Shown: in pieces, positions 41,567 through 52,241 of the stretch
Numbering within the stretch: position 1 is the stretch's first letter
How the letters are laid out: the number at the start of each line of letters is the position of its first letter
NCBI GenBank assembly: GCA_963706575.1
Contig: CAVPNL010000003.1
Coordinates: 160,001 to 224,000, forward strand
Length of the DNA stretch: 64,000 nucleotides
Reading direction: 5' to 3'
Source of the DNA: an uncultured delta proteobacterium
GTDB lineage: Bacteria; Desulfobacterota; Desulfobacteria; Desulfobacterales; JAHEIW01
Program-made: the position numbers and the translations under genes
Notes under the pieces: model-generated
Told to the model about the DNA's origin: nothing
Database searches by the model: none
Seen by the model: only the letters and a program-made list of their open reading frames with translations

Positions 41567-41722
41567 AGGAGCGTCTCCCCAAAAGGGAGACTTGATGAGC
41601 GGCCCTGCGGGCCTTGATGAGTGTCCTGCTTATCGCAGGACTTCAGGTAAAAAAAATCTGCTGTTTTGCCGCTTCAAGCATAGCACTCCACTAGTCGCGC
41701 CGTATTTTGGCGAGACGCTCCT
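41567..41722. mobile_element. 156-bp MITE-like/structured element with 18-bp inverted ends
   Basis: aggagcgtctccccaaaa versus ttttggcgagacgctcct (17/18 complementary); three internal hairpins. Confidence 0.6.
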
Positions 41723-41756
41723 CAAGCGAAGCGCTCCTAAAACGAAGTGCTCTTCT

Positions 41757-43130
41757 TTACAGAATATACCGACTCAGGTCCTCATCGTCCTTAATATCTT
41801 TTAATTTGAATTCGACATAGTCTTTGTCGATCACCATGCGCTTGCTTTCCACATCCGGCGCATCAAAAAGAATGTCTTCCAGCAAACGTTCCATAACCGT
41901 ATGCAGTCTGCGGGCACCGATATTCTCGGTGCGGTTATTGACCTCTTCAGCAATCGTAGCAATCGTTTCAACCGCATCGTCCTCAAAAACCACATCCACA
42001 CCTTCAGTTCTTAAAAGAGCCATATACTGAAGCAATAAGGCGTTTTGGGGTTCGGTCAGAATTCTGACGAATTCTTTCTCTCCCAAAGCGTCAAGCTCGA
42101 CCCGAATCGGAAAACGGCCCTGCAGTTCAGGAATTAAATCAGAGGGTTTAACCATGTGAAACGCACCGGAGGCAACAAATAAAATATGATCGGTTTTTAC
42201 GGGGCCATATTTCGTGGTAACGGTGCTACCCTCCACAATCGGCAAAAGATCTCTCTGTACACCTTCGCGGGATACATCCGGCCCGTGGGTGCTGTCGCGG
42301 CCTGCGATTTTGTCGATCTCATCCAGAAAAATAATCCCTGACTGTTCGACCTTTTTAATCGCCTGCTTGACGACCTTGTCCATATCCACCAATCCCTGGG
42401 CTTCTTCTTGAGTCAGAATTTCCATGGCCTCCGGCACTTTTACTTTGCGCCTTTTTGTGCTTTTGGGGAATACACCGCCGAGCATATCTTTAAAATTAAT
42501 CCCCATTTCTTCCATGCCGACATTGGAGAAAATTTCAACCATCGGCATGCTGCGGTCAGCAACATCCAGATCAACAAAGCGGTTATCGAGTTTGCCGCGA
42601 CGAAGCATATCCCGGAGCTTTTCACGGGTTGACGATGATTCTTCGCTCGTAGCAGTAACCAATTCGAACTGCACTTCTTTTGTATCTTCCGTCCGCGGTT
42701 TCGGGGGCGCACCCGATTTCGGTAACAGAAGATCCAGCATCCGCTCTTCTGCAATCTGCCAGGCCTTTTCTTTAACCGCTTCCTGTTCTCGCGATCGAAG
42801 TGTGTTAATCGTCAATTCGAGAAGGTCTCTCACCATGGACTCAACATCGCGCCCGACATAACCCACTTCGGTAAACTTTGATGCTTCCACTTTTGAAAAA
42901 GGAGAATCCGTAAGCAGAGATAACCGCCTGGCGATTTCCGTTTTACCAACGCCGGTGGGCCCGATCAATATGATGTTTTTGGGAGCGATCTCATCGCGCA
43001 GATCCTCGGGAACCTGCTGGCGCCGCCAGCGATTTCTCAGGGCGATGGCCACAGCGCGTTTGGCTTTGTCCTGGCCGATGATATATTTATCAAGTTCACT
43101 AACAACATCAGAAGGCTTCAAAGCGTTCAT
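41757..43130 (-). CDS. hslU: HslU ATPase subunit
   Basis: [40 protein letters not shown]. Confidence 0.97.
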   Translation of the reverse strand: MNALKPSDVVSELDKYIIGQDKAKRAVAIALRNRWRRQQVPEDLRDEIAPKNIILIGPTGVGKTEIARRLSLLTDSPFSKVEASKFTEVGYVGRDVESMVRDLLELTINTLRSREQEAVKEKAWQIAEERMLDLLLPKSGAPPKPRTEDTKEVQFELVTATSEESSSTREKLRDMLRRGKLDNRFVDLDVADRSMPMVEIFSNVGMEEMGINFKDMLGGVFPKSTKRRKVKVPEAMEILTQEEAQGLVDMDKVVKQAIKKVEQSGIIFLDEIDKIAGRDSTHGPDVSREGVQRDLLPIVEGSTVTTKYGPVKTDHILFVASGAFHMVKPSDLIPELQGRFPIRVELDALGEKEFVRILTEPQNALLLQYMALLRTEGVDVVFEDDAVETIATIAEEVNNRTENIGARRLHTVMERLLEDILFDAPDVESKRMVIDKDYVEFKLKDIKDDEDLSRYIL

Positions 43131-43661
43131 TCAAAGTACCTCAATAATGATTTTATCATTGGTATAGATGCAAAGCGAAGCTGCGATCTTCATGGCTTCT
43201 TCAACAATACCGCGGGCGCTTAATTCCGTGTGCTGAATAAGAGCTGCGGCCGCGGACTGTGCAGCGACGCCACCGGATCCAATCCCGATGATCTCTTCAT
43301 CAGGTTCAATCACATCTCCATTGCCGGAAATTAGGTACATCTGTTTTTCATCCACGGCGATCATCAGCGCTTCAAGACGTCTTAAATATTTGTCAGTTCG
43401 CCAGTCCCGGGCCAATTCAACCGCGGCCCGGGTCAGATTGCCATTGTAGCGCTCGAGCTTCTGCTCCAGACGTTCAGATAGATGCATGGCATCCGCTGTG
43501 GCACCGGCAAATCCGACAATAATTTTTTCCTGATATATTTTTCTGACTTTTTTGGCGCAATGCTTGATGATGGTGTTATTCAGCGTAATCTGCCCGTCCC
43601 CGGCCACCGCCACTTTGCCTTGACGCCTGACTGCCAGAATAGTCGTACCATGCATATTCAT
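43131..43661 (-). CDS. hslV: HslV protease subunit
   Basis: [25 protein letters not shown]. Confidence 0.97.
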   Translation of the reverse strand: MNMHGTTILAVRRQGKVAVAGDGQITLNNTIIKHCAKKVRKIYQEKIIVGFAGATADAMHLSERLEQKLERYNGNLTRAAVELARDWRTDKYLRRLEALMIAVDEKQMYLISGNGDVIEPDEEIIGIGSGGVAAQSAAAALIQHTELSARGIVEEAMKIAASLCIYTNDKIIIEVL

Positions 43662-43845
43662 CGAGATCCTCTCAAAGTCTCAAACGCTTATAGCGTTGAT
43701 ATTCAATTATCCGTTGGGGCCATTTAGTCGAACATTGGCTTGGGCATCCAGCGACAAGCCCTGTCAATTATGAGCCAAGTTTCTATATATTTCCATGCTT
43801 TTTTTTAAAAACCGTTGTTTAAAATATCCAACAACCAACCCCCTA

Positions 43846-44787
43846 TCACTTCCTGGGATGAGCCCGGTCATAAGTTTCCATTAGCCGGTCAATGCTCACA
43901 TGCGTATATTTTTGAGTGGTTGAAAGGCTTTTATGCCCTAGCAGTTCTTGCACGGCCCTCAGATCTGCACCCGCGTCCAGCATATGGGTGGCAAACGTAT
44001 GTCGCAGCGCATGCGGCGAAATGGGCGTTAAAAGGCCAACGCTGTCCACCAATTTCGTTAAAATCCTGGCGATGGAACGGGAGCTCAATCTTTTGTGAAA
44101 ACGGTTTAAAAATAAGGGTTCTTCGTGTATAGCAGGCCGGCCGGTCTGTTTTTGATACCGGGTGCGATATGCTTTTATTGCCGCTAAGGCCTTCTGCCCA
44201 ACTGGCACCTTTCGCTGCTTGTTGCCCTTGCCGGATACCTGAACCACTGCCGCCGAAAAATCGACATCAGAAAAATTCATCTGGGATAGTTCAGATACGC
44301 GAATGCCGCTGGAATATAGCGTTTCGAAAATCGCACGATTTCTTAAACCCAGCAGTGTATCCGTCTGGATTGAATCCAGCAGCCGAAAGATTTCGTCAAC
44401 CGAAAGATAGACGGGTAGCGTTTTATCCTGTTTCGGTGTAAGGACGAGTTCGGCCGGATTTTCTGAAATTATGCCATTTTTTACCAGGTACTTAAAAAAA
44501 GACCGAATTGCAGAAAGCTTGCGGGCAATGGTTGCCTTTTTATTTTTGCGGTGCAAGAACCCCAAATAGCCCCTGAGCATAATAGCGTCAATCTGCTTCA
44601 ATTTTACGACTGGCACGCTTTTGTGGCGAGCGCTGCCCGCAAAAGGGGATTCAGCCAAAAAGGAGAGAAAATCCAAAAGATCTTTCCGATAAGCGCGATG
44701 GGTATGATCAGAATATCCCTTTTCAGTGACAAGGGATTCTAAAAACGAATCAATCAAGGGTTTTTCCGGATGGTTTTCCATTTCCAT
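43846..44787 (-). CDS. xerC: Tyrosine recombinase XerC
   Basis: LYSSGIRVSEL, GKGNKQR, HALRHTFATH, LGH..LSTTQKYT; upstream of hslV. Confidence 0.92.
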   Translation of the reverse strand: MEMENHPEKPLIDSFLESLVTEKGYSDHTHRAYRKDLLDFLSFLAESPFAGSARHKSVPVVKLKQIDAIMLRGYLGFLHRKNKKATIARKLSAIRSFFKYLVKNGIISENPAELVLTPKQDKTLPVYLSVDEIFRLLDSIQTDTLLGLRNRAIFETLYSSGIRVSELSQMNFSDVDFSAAVVQVSGKGNKQRKVPVGQKALAAIKAYRTRYQKQTGRPAIHEEPLFLNRFHKRLSSRSIARILTKLVDSVGLLTPISPHALRHTFATHMLDAGADLRAVQELLGHKSLSTTQKYTHVSIDRLMETYDRAHPRK

Positions 44788-44801
44788 ACGGTGTTTCTCT
44801 T

Positions 44802-45374
44802 TTAAAACTCAATGAGCGCCTGCAATTCATCCCAGGAGCCCACTTCCACAAACGGGTGCTGCTCTCGATTCCAGGGCTGACGATAAAGCACCGGCTGCAC
44901 CTCGGCATTCTGCAATAAAAAGCAGGTTTCGAGCCGGTCTTCGACAAAAAATGAAATCCTGCGTTGCTGGAGAATGCCGGCTTTGGCCTCATGTGAACCG
45001 GTGGCAATGACTTCAAATGAGGCCGGATCCAGTTGCAGCGTTTTTTTCATCCAATCCCTTATCGGCCCCAGGTAAGGGCGTGCCGTGATAAAAATTATAG
45101 GGCGGCAATGCCGTTGGATTTTTGCCAAACCTTCGGCGGCACCAGCAATCGGATGCAATGTGGCACTGTAGTTTCCATCCAGTATGCGCCGGACGATGGC
45201 ATCGATGACCTCCGGATCAATATTAAGACATTCCTCCAGTTTGTAAGACGTAATATCATTATATTGGATGCTATTAAGGTTATACTCTTGGCGGGCAATA
45301 TCCAGAAACAACGTCATGGTGTCGGCCACGACACCGTCAATATCAAAGGCCACTGAAGTAGGATCGATCATCAT
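44802..45374 (-). CDS. HAD-family 5'(3')-nucleotidase (NT5C-like)
   Basis: FDIDGVVADT, FITAR, FFVED, QPWN. Confidence 0.85.
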   Translation of the reverse strand: MMIDPTSVAFDIDGVVADTMTLFLDIARQEYNLNSIQYNDITSYKLEECLNIDPEVIDAIVRRILDGNYSATLHPIAGAAEGLAKIQRHCRPIIFITARPYLGPIRDWMKKTLQLDPASFEVIATGSHEAKAGILQQRRISFFVEDRLETCFLLQNAEVQPVLYRQPWNREQHPFVEVGSWDELQALIEF

Positions 45375-45412
45375 CGGTATCCGCTATTAGAGCTTTTCTG
45401 AAAAATACATAC

Positions 45413-45525
45413 AAGTGACCTAAAGTGCCTAAAGTTAATGTATTCTACCATTTTATAAAAAGGATGGAGCGAAGCGAGACCTTAACTTTAGGCGCTCTAG
45501 GCACTTTAGACCACTTTAGTCACTT
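45413..45525. repeat. Inverted 9-mer arrays (AGTGCCTAA)n ... (CACTTTAGG)n
   Basis: aagtgacctaaagtgcctaaagtt versus aactttaggcgctctaggcactttagaccactttagtcactt. Confidence 0.75.
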
Positions 45526-45587
45526 CTTATTTGTCTTGCTGCCAAATGAAGTTATTCCTAATTACCCATTAACGAATAACCTACCCG

Positions 45588-46106
45588 CTACGCGGCTGCC
45601 CGCCGTGTCTTTTTTTTGAGTCGGGAAATTCGCCGCTTGAAGATGGTGGCATTCTTCTTATCTTTAGCTTCCAGGGCTTCCCGGCGTTGCGCTTTGAGGG
45701 CCTTGATCTTTTGCTTCAAGTCCGCAATGCTGGCATCGGCTTTTTTTATGGGTTCATCCTTAATGCCCTTTGCCTTTTTTATTTCGACGATCAATTCTTC
45801 TTTTTTCATGGCGTGCACACCCGTAATTCCCGGTATGTCTTTGGCCATCTCCCGCAGTTCTTTGACCGTCATTTTTTCCAGCGGCTTTTCCTTAACAGTC
45901 GATGGTTTCTTCTCGGTTTTGGCCGCTTTCTCCTCGGTTTCTTGCGGCGTCTCTTCGGCTTTGGCCGCTTCCGCCGTGGTTTCCTCCGGTTGATCTTCGG
46001 CTTTTACCGCTTTCTCCTCGGTTTCTTCCGGCGCCTTTTCGGCTTTGGCCGTCTTCTCCTCGGTTTCCTCCGGCTTCTCTTTGGTTTCCTCTGACTTCTT
46101 GCTCAT
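45588..46106 (-). CDS. Rho_N-domain protein with 14-aa acidic repeats
   Basis: LEKMTVKELREMAK..ITGVHAMKKEELI; repeats of PEETEEKxAKAExx; GGAG RBS before 46106. Confidence 0.8.
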   Translation of the reverse strand: MSKKSEETKEKPEETEEKTAKAEKAPEETEEKAVKAEDQPEETTAEAAKAEETPQETEEKAAKTEKKPSTVKEKPLEKMTVKELREMAKDIPGITGVHAMKKEELIVEIKKAKGIKDEPIKKADASIADLKQKIKALKAQRREALEAKDKKNATIFKRRISRLKKKTRRAAA

Positions 46107-46283
46107 TTTGCTCTGTTCTCCTTCTTTCTTTCTTTTGTTGAAAGCACAAGCGGAGGCTGCAAAGCCCCCGCCCATGGATCACGCAGATGTGATTCAGTTG
46201 GTCAACTTAAATACGAAACTTAGAACCTTTTGATATCAAATAAAAAAGTCTAATTCAATAACCAAATTCCAATAAGGTGTCAA

Positions 46284-47048
46284 TTATTCTTTGTCGTCTT
46301 TTTCAAAAAGACGGGCAAACGGCTTGAAAAGCTCAATGGGTATTGGAAAAAACGTCGTCGTATTGCTTTCGGTAGACATCTCGTTCATAGTTTGCAAATA
46401 TCGTAGCTGTAAGGCCGTGGGATGTTTCTCGATGATCACGGAGGCCTCCGCCAATTTGCTGGCCGCTTGGAATTCGCCTTCGGCATTGATCACCTTGGCC
46501 CGTCGTTCCCGCTCAGCCTCAGCCTGCCGAGCAATCGCCCGCTGCATCTCCTGGGGCAAGTCAATATGTTTCAGCTCCACCGTGGCGACTTTAATACCCC
46601 ACGGATCTGTATGCGTGTCCAGGATCTCTTGGAGCTCGGCATTTATCTTATCCCTTTCCGACAAAAGCTCATCCAGTTCAGATTGACCGCACACACTCCT
46701 CAAGGTGGTCTGGGCCAGCTGGGACATAGCGTAACTGAAATTTTCAACTTCCACGATCGCTTTGACGGGCTCGATCACTCTGAAATAGATAACCGCATTG
46801 ACTTTTACTGATACATTGTCCCTAGTAATCACGTCCTGGGGATCCACATCCATGACCACCAGGCGCAGGCTCACCTTTACCATTTTATCAATGAGCGGAA
46901 TTAATATGATTAGGCCCGGGCCTTTGGCGGCGATTACCCGCCCCAGTCTGAATATCACGCCGCGTTCATATTCGTTGAGTATCCGTATCGCTGCCGAAAG
47001 GAAAAAAATGACAAGCACAAGGATGGCAATGGGGGTAAAGTAGCTCAT
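46284..47048 (-). CDS. SPFH/slipin (stomatin-like) protein
   Basis: [38 protein letters not shown]. Confidence 0.95.
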   Translation of the reverse strand: MSYFTPIAILVLVIFFLSAAIRILNEYERGVIFRLGRVIAAKGPGLIILIPLIDKMVKVSLRLVVMDVDPQDVITRDNVSVKVNAVIYFRVIEPVKAIVEVENFSYAMSQLAQTTLRSVCGQSELDELLSERDKINAELQEILDTHTDPWGIKVATVELKHIDLPQEMQRAIARQAEAERERRAKVINAEGEFQAASKLAEASVIIEKHPTALQLRYLQTMNEMSTESNTTTFFPIPIELFKPFARLFEKDDKE

Positions 47049-47181
47049 GCGATCCTCCTTTTATGGGTAGTTCGGTAAATGGTTTTGTGTATGGATATGA
47101 CTTAGCATCTTAGACGGTAAATCTCAAGCTTCCTTTGCCGCATGCCAGGGCTGAAAATTATGAACAGCGGTATAAATCGGG

Positions 47182-48477
47182 TTAAGCACTGGAATCCTCA
47201 TCCAACGGCTCGACCTCCAGCATCAAATTCACGACATTAACGACCCGAACTTTGACGCCTTCATCAATCGCCTTTTCAGCTTTGGCATTCCACAGTTCAC
47301 CATGAACAAATACCTTGCCTTCCGGTGTCAGCGCTTTTTTGACAATGCCGATTTCCCCCACCAGCCCCTTTGTTCCGGTCCTGGGTTTGGCCATTTGCGC
47401 ACGAAACACCAGCCCGGCAACAAAGACAAAAAATCCGGAGATCAAAATGATCGTGGGCAGCAGGACCTTTAACGACAATCGCATATCCGGGCCGCTATCT
47501 TTAAACATCATTAATGACCCTAAAAGCAACGAGACGATACCGGCCACACTTAAAAGTCCGTAGCTGGAAATCTTCATCTCCATAATGAAAAAAATAATTG
47601 CCAGAATAATCAACAATATTCCCGCATAATTAACCGGCAAGGTCTGCAAGGCAAAAAAAGCCAGAACCAGGGCAATTCCACCGATGACCCCGGGAAAAAT
47701 CGCACCTGGGTGGGACAGTTCGAAATAAAGCCCGGCAAATCCAATCATCAGCAAAATATAGGCGATGTTGGGATTGCTGATCGTTTTTAAAATCTTGGTC
47801 CGCAGGCTCGGTTTAACAATCACTTTCTCGGCCTTATCCAGCGTGATAACGCCTTTGCCCTTGATATTGCGGCCCTTGAGTTGCCGGATGAGATCATCGG
47901 TGTCTTTGGCAATCAGATCGATGATATTTTCCTTTAGCGCCTCTGTTTCGGTTACCGAAACACTTTCCCGGATGGCCTGCTCCACCCATTCTTTATTGCG
48001 CCCGCGTTCTTCGGCAACACTCTTGGCATGGGCGACCATATCATTGATCACCTTTTCCGACATCTTGCCGCTGATATCCTTACCGCCGGCGCCAACGGGA
48101 TGGGCCGCTCCGATGTTGGTACTGGGCGCCATGGCGGCAATGTCAGCCGCCATGGTAATCATGACACCCGCCGAGGCCGCCCGGGCTCCGGAGGGCGATA
48201 CATAGACAACTACCGGCACTTTACTGCCAAGAATATCCTGAATGATCAGTCGCATGGATTCGGCCAGCCCGCCGGGCGTATCCAGTTCAATGATAATACA
48301 GGCCGCTTCTTCTGCTTCGGCCTTTGCAATGCTGTTTTTGATAAATTCCGCAGTCCCCGGACTGATGGCATCGGCGACTTCTACAATGTAAATATCGCCT
48401 TTGGCAGCTTGGGCCGTCTGAAAAATAAAAAAAACACAAAGAGGTAACAACAGGGCAACCAAATATTTAAGTTTCAT
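47182..48477 (-). CDS. nfeD: NfeD membrane-bound serine protease
   Basis: LDTPGG, AASAG, NIGAAHP, GKVFVHGELW; adjacent to slipin. Confidence 0.92.
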   Translation of the reverse strand: MKLKYLVALLLPLCVFFIFQTAQAAKGDIYIVEVADAISPGTAEFIKNSIAKAEAEEAACIIIELDTPGGLAESMRLIIQDILGSKVPVVVYVSPSGARAASAGVMITMAADIAAMAPSTNIGAAHPVGAGGKDISGKMSEKVINDMVAHAKSVAEERGRNKEWVEQAIRESVSVTETEALKENIIDLIAKDTDDLIRQLKGRNIKGKGVITLDKAEKVIVKPSLRTKILKTISNPNIAYILLMIGFAGLYFELSHPGAIFPGVIGGIALVLAFFALQTLPVNYAGILLIILAIIFFIMEMKISSYGLLSVAGIVSLLLGSLMMFKDSGPDMRLSLKVLLPTIILISGFFVFVAGLVFRAQMAKPRTGTKGLVGEIGIVKKALTPEGKVFVHGELWNAKAEKAIDEGVKVRVVNVVNLMLEVEPLDEDSSA

Positions 48478-49168
48478 ACGGATATTCCTTCATTAACATC
48501 TTCATATCTCCCCACACATCTCGCTTTTTTTCGGTATTGCGCAGAAGATAAGCCGGATGGTAAGTTGGAAGCAATTTTATTCCTTTATAATCATGAAACC
48601 GCCCTCTGAGTCTGGAAATGGGTGCGGTTGAATTTAAAAGCGTTTGGGCTGCGACAGAGCCCAGTGCGCAGATAAAGTCCGGCCGGATGGCTGCAATCTG
48701 GCGATCTAAAAATTGAAAACAGGTTTTAATTTCTTCGGGCTGCGGGTTACGGTTTTGCGGCGGGCGACACTTGACAATGTTACAAATGTACACCTGTTCT
48801 CGGCTCAGGTGAGTGGCTTCGATAATTTTGGTCAGCAACTGTCCCGCCGGACCGACAAAAGGTTTACCCTGCTGATCTTCTTCAAAACCAGGACCTTCCC
48901 CGACAAATATGAGTCTAGCCGAGGAACTGCCGGCGCCGAAGACAATGTTTTTACGACCCTTGGCAAGCCTGCAGCGTTGACAATCTCCCAGGTCCAGACG
49001 AATATCCTGCAAGGTTTCGCAAAGAAGCTGAGGTGACACGCCCCAGTCTGCCAGTTTTTCAAGACTGCCGGCGCTGCAGTCAAACCCCCGATGCCCTTTC
49101 GCTGCTAAATCTTGAAAAGTATGCGTTAACGCATCGATGGTTTCTGTTATTTGAAATCTTGCTGCCAC
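48467..49168 (-). CDS. Family 4 uracil-DNA glycosylase
   Basis: CQRCRL, GEGPG, KCRPP, TYHPAYLLR. Confidence 0.93.
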   Translation of the reverse strand: MAARFQITETIDALTHTFQDLAAKGHRGFDCSAGSLEKLADWGVSPQLLCETLQDIRLDLGDCQRCRLAKGRKNIVFGAGSSSARLIFVGEGPGFEEDQQGKPFVGPAGQLLTKIIEATHLSREQVYICNIVKCRPPQNRNPQPEEIKTCFQFLDRQIAAIRPDFICALGSVAAQTLLNSTAPISRLRGRFHDYKGIKLLPTYHPAYLLRNTEKKRDVWGDMKMLMKEYPYET

Positions 49169-49177
49169 TGCAAATTG

Positions 49178-50416
49178 TTATCGCCCTTTTATTGTGCGTT
49201 TCTGAGCTGCTGCAGCGCTCAAACCCATGGCAACCATCCGATCGAGCAGTATGTGGGCAACCTCCATTTTGTCCATTGTGGGCAATGATTCGGTGGTGCC
49301 GTCTTTGAAAAAAAGCGTCACCGTGTTGCTGTCGGACTCAAAACCGGAATCCGCCGACCCCACCAGATTGCCCACAATGATATCGAGGTTTTTTTCAGCC
49401 AGTTTTTGGGTGGCGTTTTTTTTCAGCTCTCTGGTTTCGGCTGCGAATCCCACCAGGACCTGGTGTTTCTTTTTCTGGCCAAGCGTCTTCAAAATATCTT
49501 CATTTTGCTGCAGCCGCAAAACCATTTCGCTTTTTCCCTTTTTTATCTTATGGGTTTTACTTTCTTTGGTCCTGTAATCGGAAACCGCTGCGGACTTGAT
49601 AATCACATCCGCTTTGTCCATTTGCTGAAAAACCTGGTGGGCCATCTCCTCTGCGCTACGAACTCTGATCGTGGTCACATTCATCGGATCGATCAGATGC
49701 GTCGGGCCGCTAATAAGGGTAACTTCAGCGCCGCGATGCTCTGCCGCTCTGGCAACGGCGAAGCCCATCTTTCCCGATGAAGGGTTGCTGATGAATCTTA
49801 CAGGATCGATGGGTTCGATGGTAGGGCCGGCGGTGACAAGTATTTTTTTCCCGGCCAGATCCTTGGGTGACAGGCAACCAAGAAATCGATCAAAAATTTC
49901 TTCCGGTTCGGGGAGTCTTCCCGGACCGGAGGTTCCGCAGGCTAGCTGACCGGAACCGGGTTCCATTACAACATATCCATCGGATCTGAGGGTGTCAAGA
50001 TTTCGCTGAACCGCTTGGTTTGCATACATGTGGGTATTCATGGAAGGGCAAATCAAAACCGGTGAAGTGACCGCCAGCATAAAGGTGCTCAAGTGGTCAT
50101 CGGCAATACCGTTTGCCAACTTTCCAATCATATTTGCGGTGGCCGGGGCAATAATAACACCATCGGCCTCGTTAGCCCAATCAATGTGCCGGAAAGACGC
50201 TTCACTGCCTTCTTGGAACATATCCTTAAAAACCGGCTGACCCGACAAGGCCTCAAATGTCATGGCCCCGACAAACCGCTGTGCGTTTTGGGTTAAAATA
50301 ACCCGCACCTCGGCATTCGCTTTTTTTAAGAGCCTTAAAATTTCAATGCCTTTATAGGCCGCAATACCGCCGCAGACAGCCAATATCACTTTTTTATTTT
50401 TAATTCCGTTCATCAT
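49178..50416 (-). CDS. coaBC: Bifunctional PPC decarboxylase/synthetase
   Basis: GGIAAYK, PATAN, PSMN, LACG, DPVRFISNPSSGKMG, GFAAET. Confidence 0.96.
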   Translation of the reverse strand: MMNGIKNKKVILAVCGGIAAYKGIEILRLLKKANAEVRVILTQNAQRFVGAMTFEALSGQPVFKDMFQEGSEASFRHIDWANEADGVIIAPATANMIGKLANGIADDHLSTFMLAVTSPVLICPSMNTHMYANQAVQRNLDTLRSDGYVVMEPGSGQLACGTSGPGRLPEPEEIFDRFLGCLSPKDLAGKKILVTAGPTIEPIDPVRFISNPSSGKMGFAVARAAEHRGAEVTLISGPTHLIDPMNVTTIRVRSAEEMAHQVFQQMDKADVIIKSAAVSDYRTKESKTHKIKKGKSEMVLRLQQNEDILKTLGQKKKHQVLVGFAAETRELKKNATQKLAEKNLDIIVGNLVGSADSGFESDSNTVTLFFKDGTTESLPTMDKMEVAHILLDRMVAMGLSAAAAQKRTIKGR

Positions 50417-50510
50417 GGCAAGTGGTTTACATTTTCATCTAAAGACCCATCGAGCCTTATAAATCAGGCGGACAGGGCAAGTGGCGGCTTTACGCCAAGT
50501 GGATTGTTGG

Positions 50511-50996
50511 TTATTTTAACAGGCCGGTTTTGATGTCCTTGGCGGTTGGGGCCACCCAAATTTCAACATAGGTACTAAACCGTTCGTCGGTGATACTCAT
50601 TACGCACCAGCGATGGGCTTTTTGAAACAGCAGCATGGTTCGTTCGGACTTAAACGAGCTGATCAAATGCCAATTATCCTTGGTCATGTTGTTTTGAAAA
50701 AAAGATATTAATGAACTGGTTTCAATACGGCCTTTTAAAACCAGTACGCCGGCCGAAAAACCCTCTGTTTGATAAATAAAAGATGATTTTTTGTCGACCT
50801 TGAGTTCTTTGGGAACCAGAACATCGCCAAAATCATAATACAGGGCCGGCACCCCGGAACCGCTTTCCGCTGAGGGTGCTGTCGCTTTGTTGTCCTTTTG
50901 GGTTAACGACGAACAGCCGCCGATTGAAAAGATCATCGCGATCATCAGCCCTAATACGACCGGCCACATTCTTTTTGGTGCCTCAATGTTTGCCAT
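50511..50996 (-). CDS. Lipoprotein of unknown function
   Basis: Lipobox IGGC; GGAGG RBS. Confidence 0.7.
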   Translation of the reverse strand: MANIEAPKRMWPVVLGLMIAMIFSIGGCSSLTQKDNKATAPSAESGSGVPALYYDFGDVLVPKELKVDKKSSFIYQTEGFSAGVLVLKGRIETSSLISFFQNNMTKDNWHLISSFKSERTMLLFQKAHRWCVMSITDERFSTYVEIWVAPTAKDIKTGLLK

Positions 50997-51005
50997 TTGT
51001 CCTCC

Positions 51006-52208
51006 TTAATTTAATTCTGATTGAGCAAGATACCATTTATAAGTGCTTTTAATCCCTTCTCGCAAACTGATACGGGGCGCCCATCCCAGCCGGGTTAAGC
51101 GGGATATATCCAGCAGTTTGCGGGGGGTGCCATCCGGCATCGAGGCATCCCAGCTGACATCACCTTCATAGCCGACGACTTCCTGCACGATTTCCGCCAG
51201 CTCCGCGATATGAATATCTTTGCCGCTGCCCACATTAATATGAGACACCTGATTTCGCTCTTTGGGCCCGGAATTCGACGAACCCGGGTGCCTTCCGCCC
51301 TGCGGCCGGCCCGTCTGTTGTGCGGGCAGGGCACAGGCAGCCGCATAAGCATCATCCCCCAGATTAAATAAAAACAGGCAGGCTGAGGCCAGATCATCGA
51401 CATGTAAAAATTCCCTTTTGGGCCGCCCGCTGCCCCAAAGGCGAACGGCAGGTGGCATTCCAGAATCGAACTCCCGGGTAGGGGCAGGTTTCTTCAATCC
51501 ATCGAGAAAATCAGCCGAAATGGTGCCAAATAAAGCCTGGTCCTTTCGAATGCTTTCCCAATCCTTGCTGCGGGCAAGTTTGGCCAGATGAAATTTGCGG
51601 ATCAAGGCCGGCAGAACGTGTGAGTTTCTCAGGTCAAAATTATCATGAGGCCCGTAGAGATTGGTGGGCATTACCGAACGGTAATGCGTCCCATACTGGC
51701 GGTTGTAAGACTCACACAGCTTGATGCCGGCTATTTTCGCAATGGCATAGGGCTCATTGGTGGATTCCAGGCTACCGGTTAAAAGCTGCTCTTCCCGCAT
51801 CGGCTGTTCAGCATACTTGGGGTAAATACATGAACTGCCCAAAAATAACAACCGTTTCACCCCCGATCGGTAAGCTGCATGAATCACATTGGCCTGGATC
51901 ATGAGGTTTTCAAAAATAAACTCGGCCCGATAAGTGTCATTGGCATGGATGCCGCCCACCTTTGCTGCGGCCAAAATAACCGCATCGATTTTTTCATGTT
52001 CAAAAAAATGGCGCGCCGCGGCTTGATTGACCAGGTCCAGTTCGTCATGGGAGCGGGTGATGATGCGACGATAATTGTCGGCCTGCAAGCGGCGGTAGAT
52101 CGCAGAACCGACCATCCCCCGATGACCGGCCAGAAAAATGGGGGAATGCCGCGACAAAATGCTTGAATGCGCCTGCACACCGGAAATTTGTGATTTGGGT
52201 TTGGTCAT
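51006..52208 (-). CDS. fcl: GDP-L-fucose synthase
   Basis: [41 protein letters not shown]. Confidence 0.93.
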   Translation of the reverse strand: MTKPKSQISGVQAHSSILSRHSPIFLAGHRGMVGSAIYRRLQADNYRRIITRSHDELDLVNQAAARHFFEHEKIDAVILAAAKVGGIHANDTYRAEFIFENLMIQANVIHAAYRSGVKRLLFLGSSCIYPKYAEQPMREEQLLTGSLESTNEPYAIAKIAGIKLCESYNRQYGTHYRSVMPTNLYGPHDNFDLRNSHVLPALIRKFHLAKLARSKDWESIRKDQALFGTISADFLDGLKKPAPTREFDSGMPPAVRLWGSGRPKREFLHVDDLASACLFLFNLGDDAYAAACALPAQQTGRPQGGRHPGSSNSGPKERNQVSHINVGSGKDIHIAELAEIVQEVVGYEGDVSWDASMPDGTPRKLLDISRLTRLGWAPRISLREGIKSTYKWYLAQSELN

Positions 52209-52241
52209 GTCTTTTGATATCGCTTATTTAACTGCCGGGCA

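Noticed and set aside
41592..41645. Hammerhead ribozyme suggested by TGATGAG boxes
   Set aside because: The core reads TTGATGAG rather than CTGATGAG, and no GAAA follows the stem
1..44787. Two tyrosine recombinases as ends of an integrated element
   Set aside because: They look like housekeeping XerD and XerC, the intervening genes are core, and no att or dif site was recognised
49178..50416. PATAN string in CoaBC as a PATAN domain
   Set aside because: It is the standard FMN-binding motif of PPC decarboxylases, unrelated to the PATAN domain
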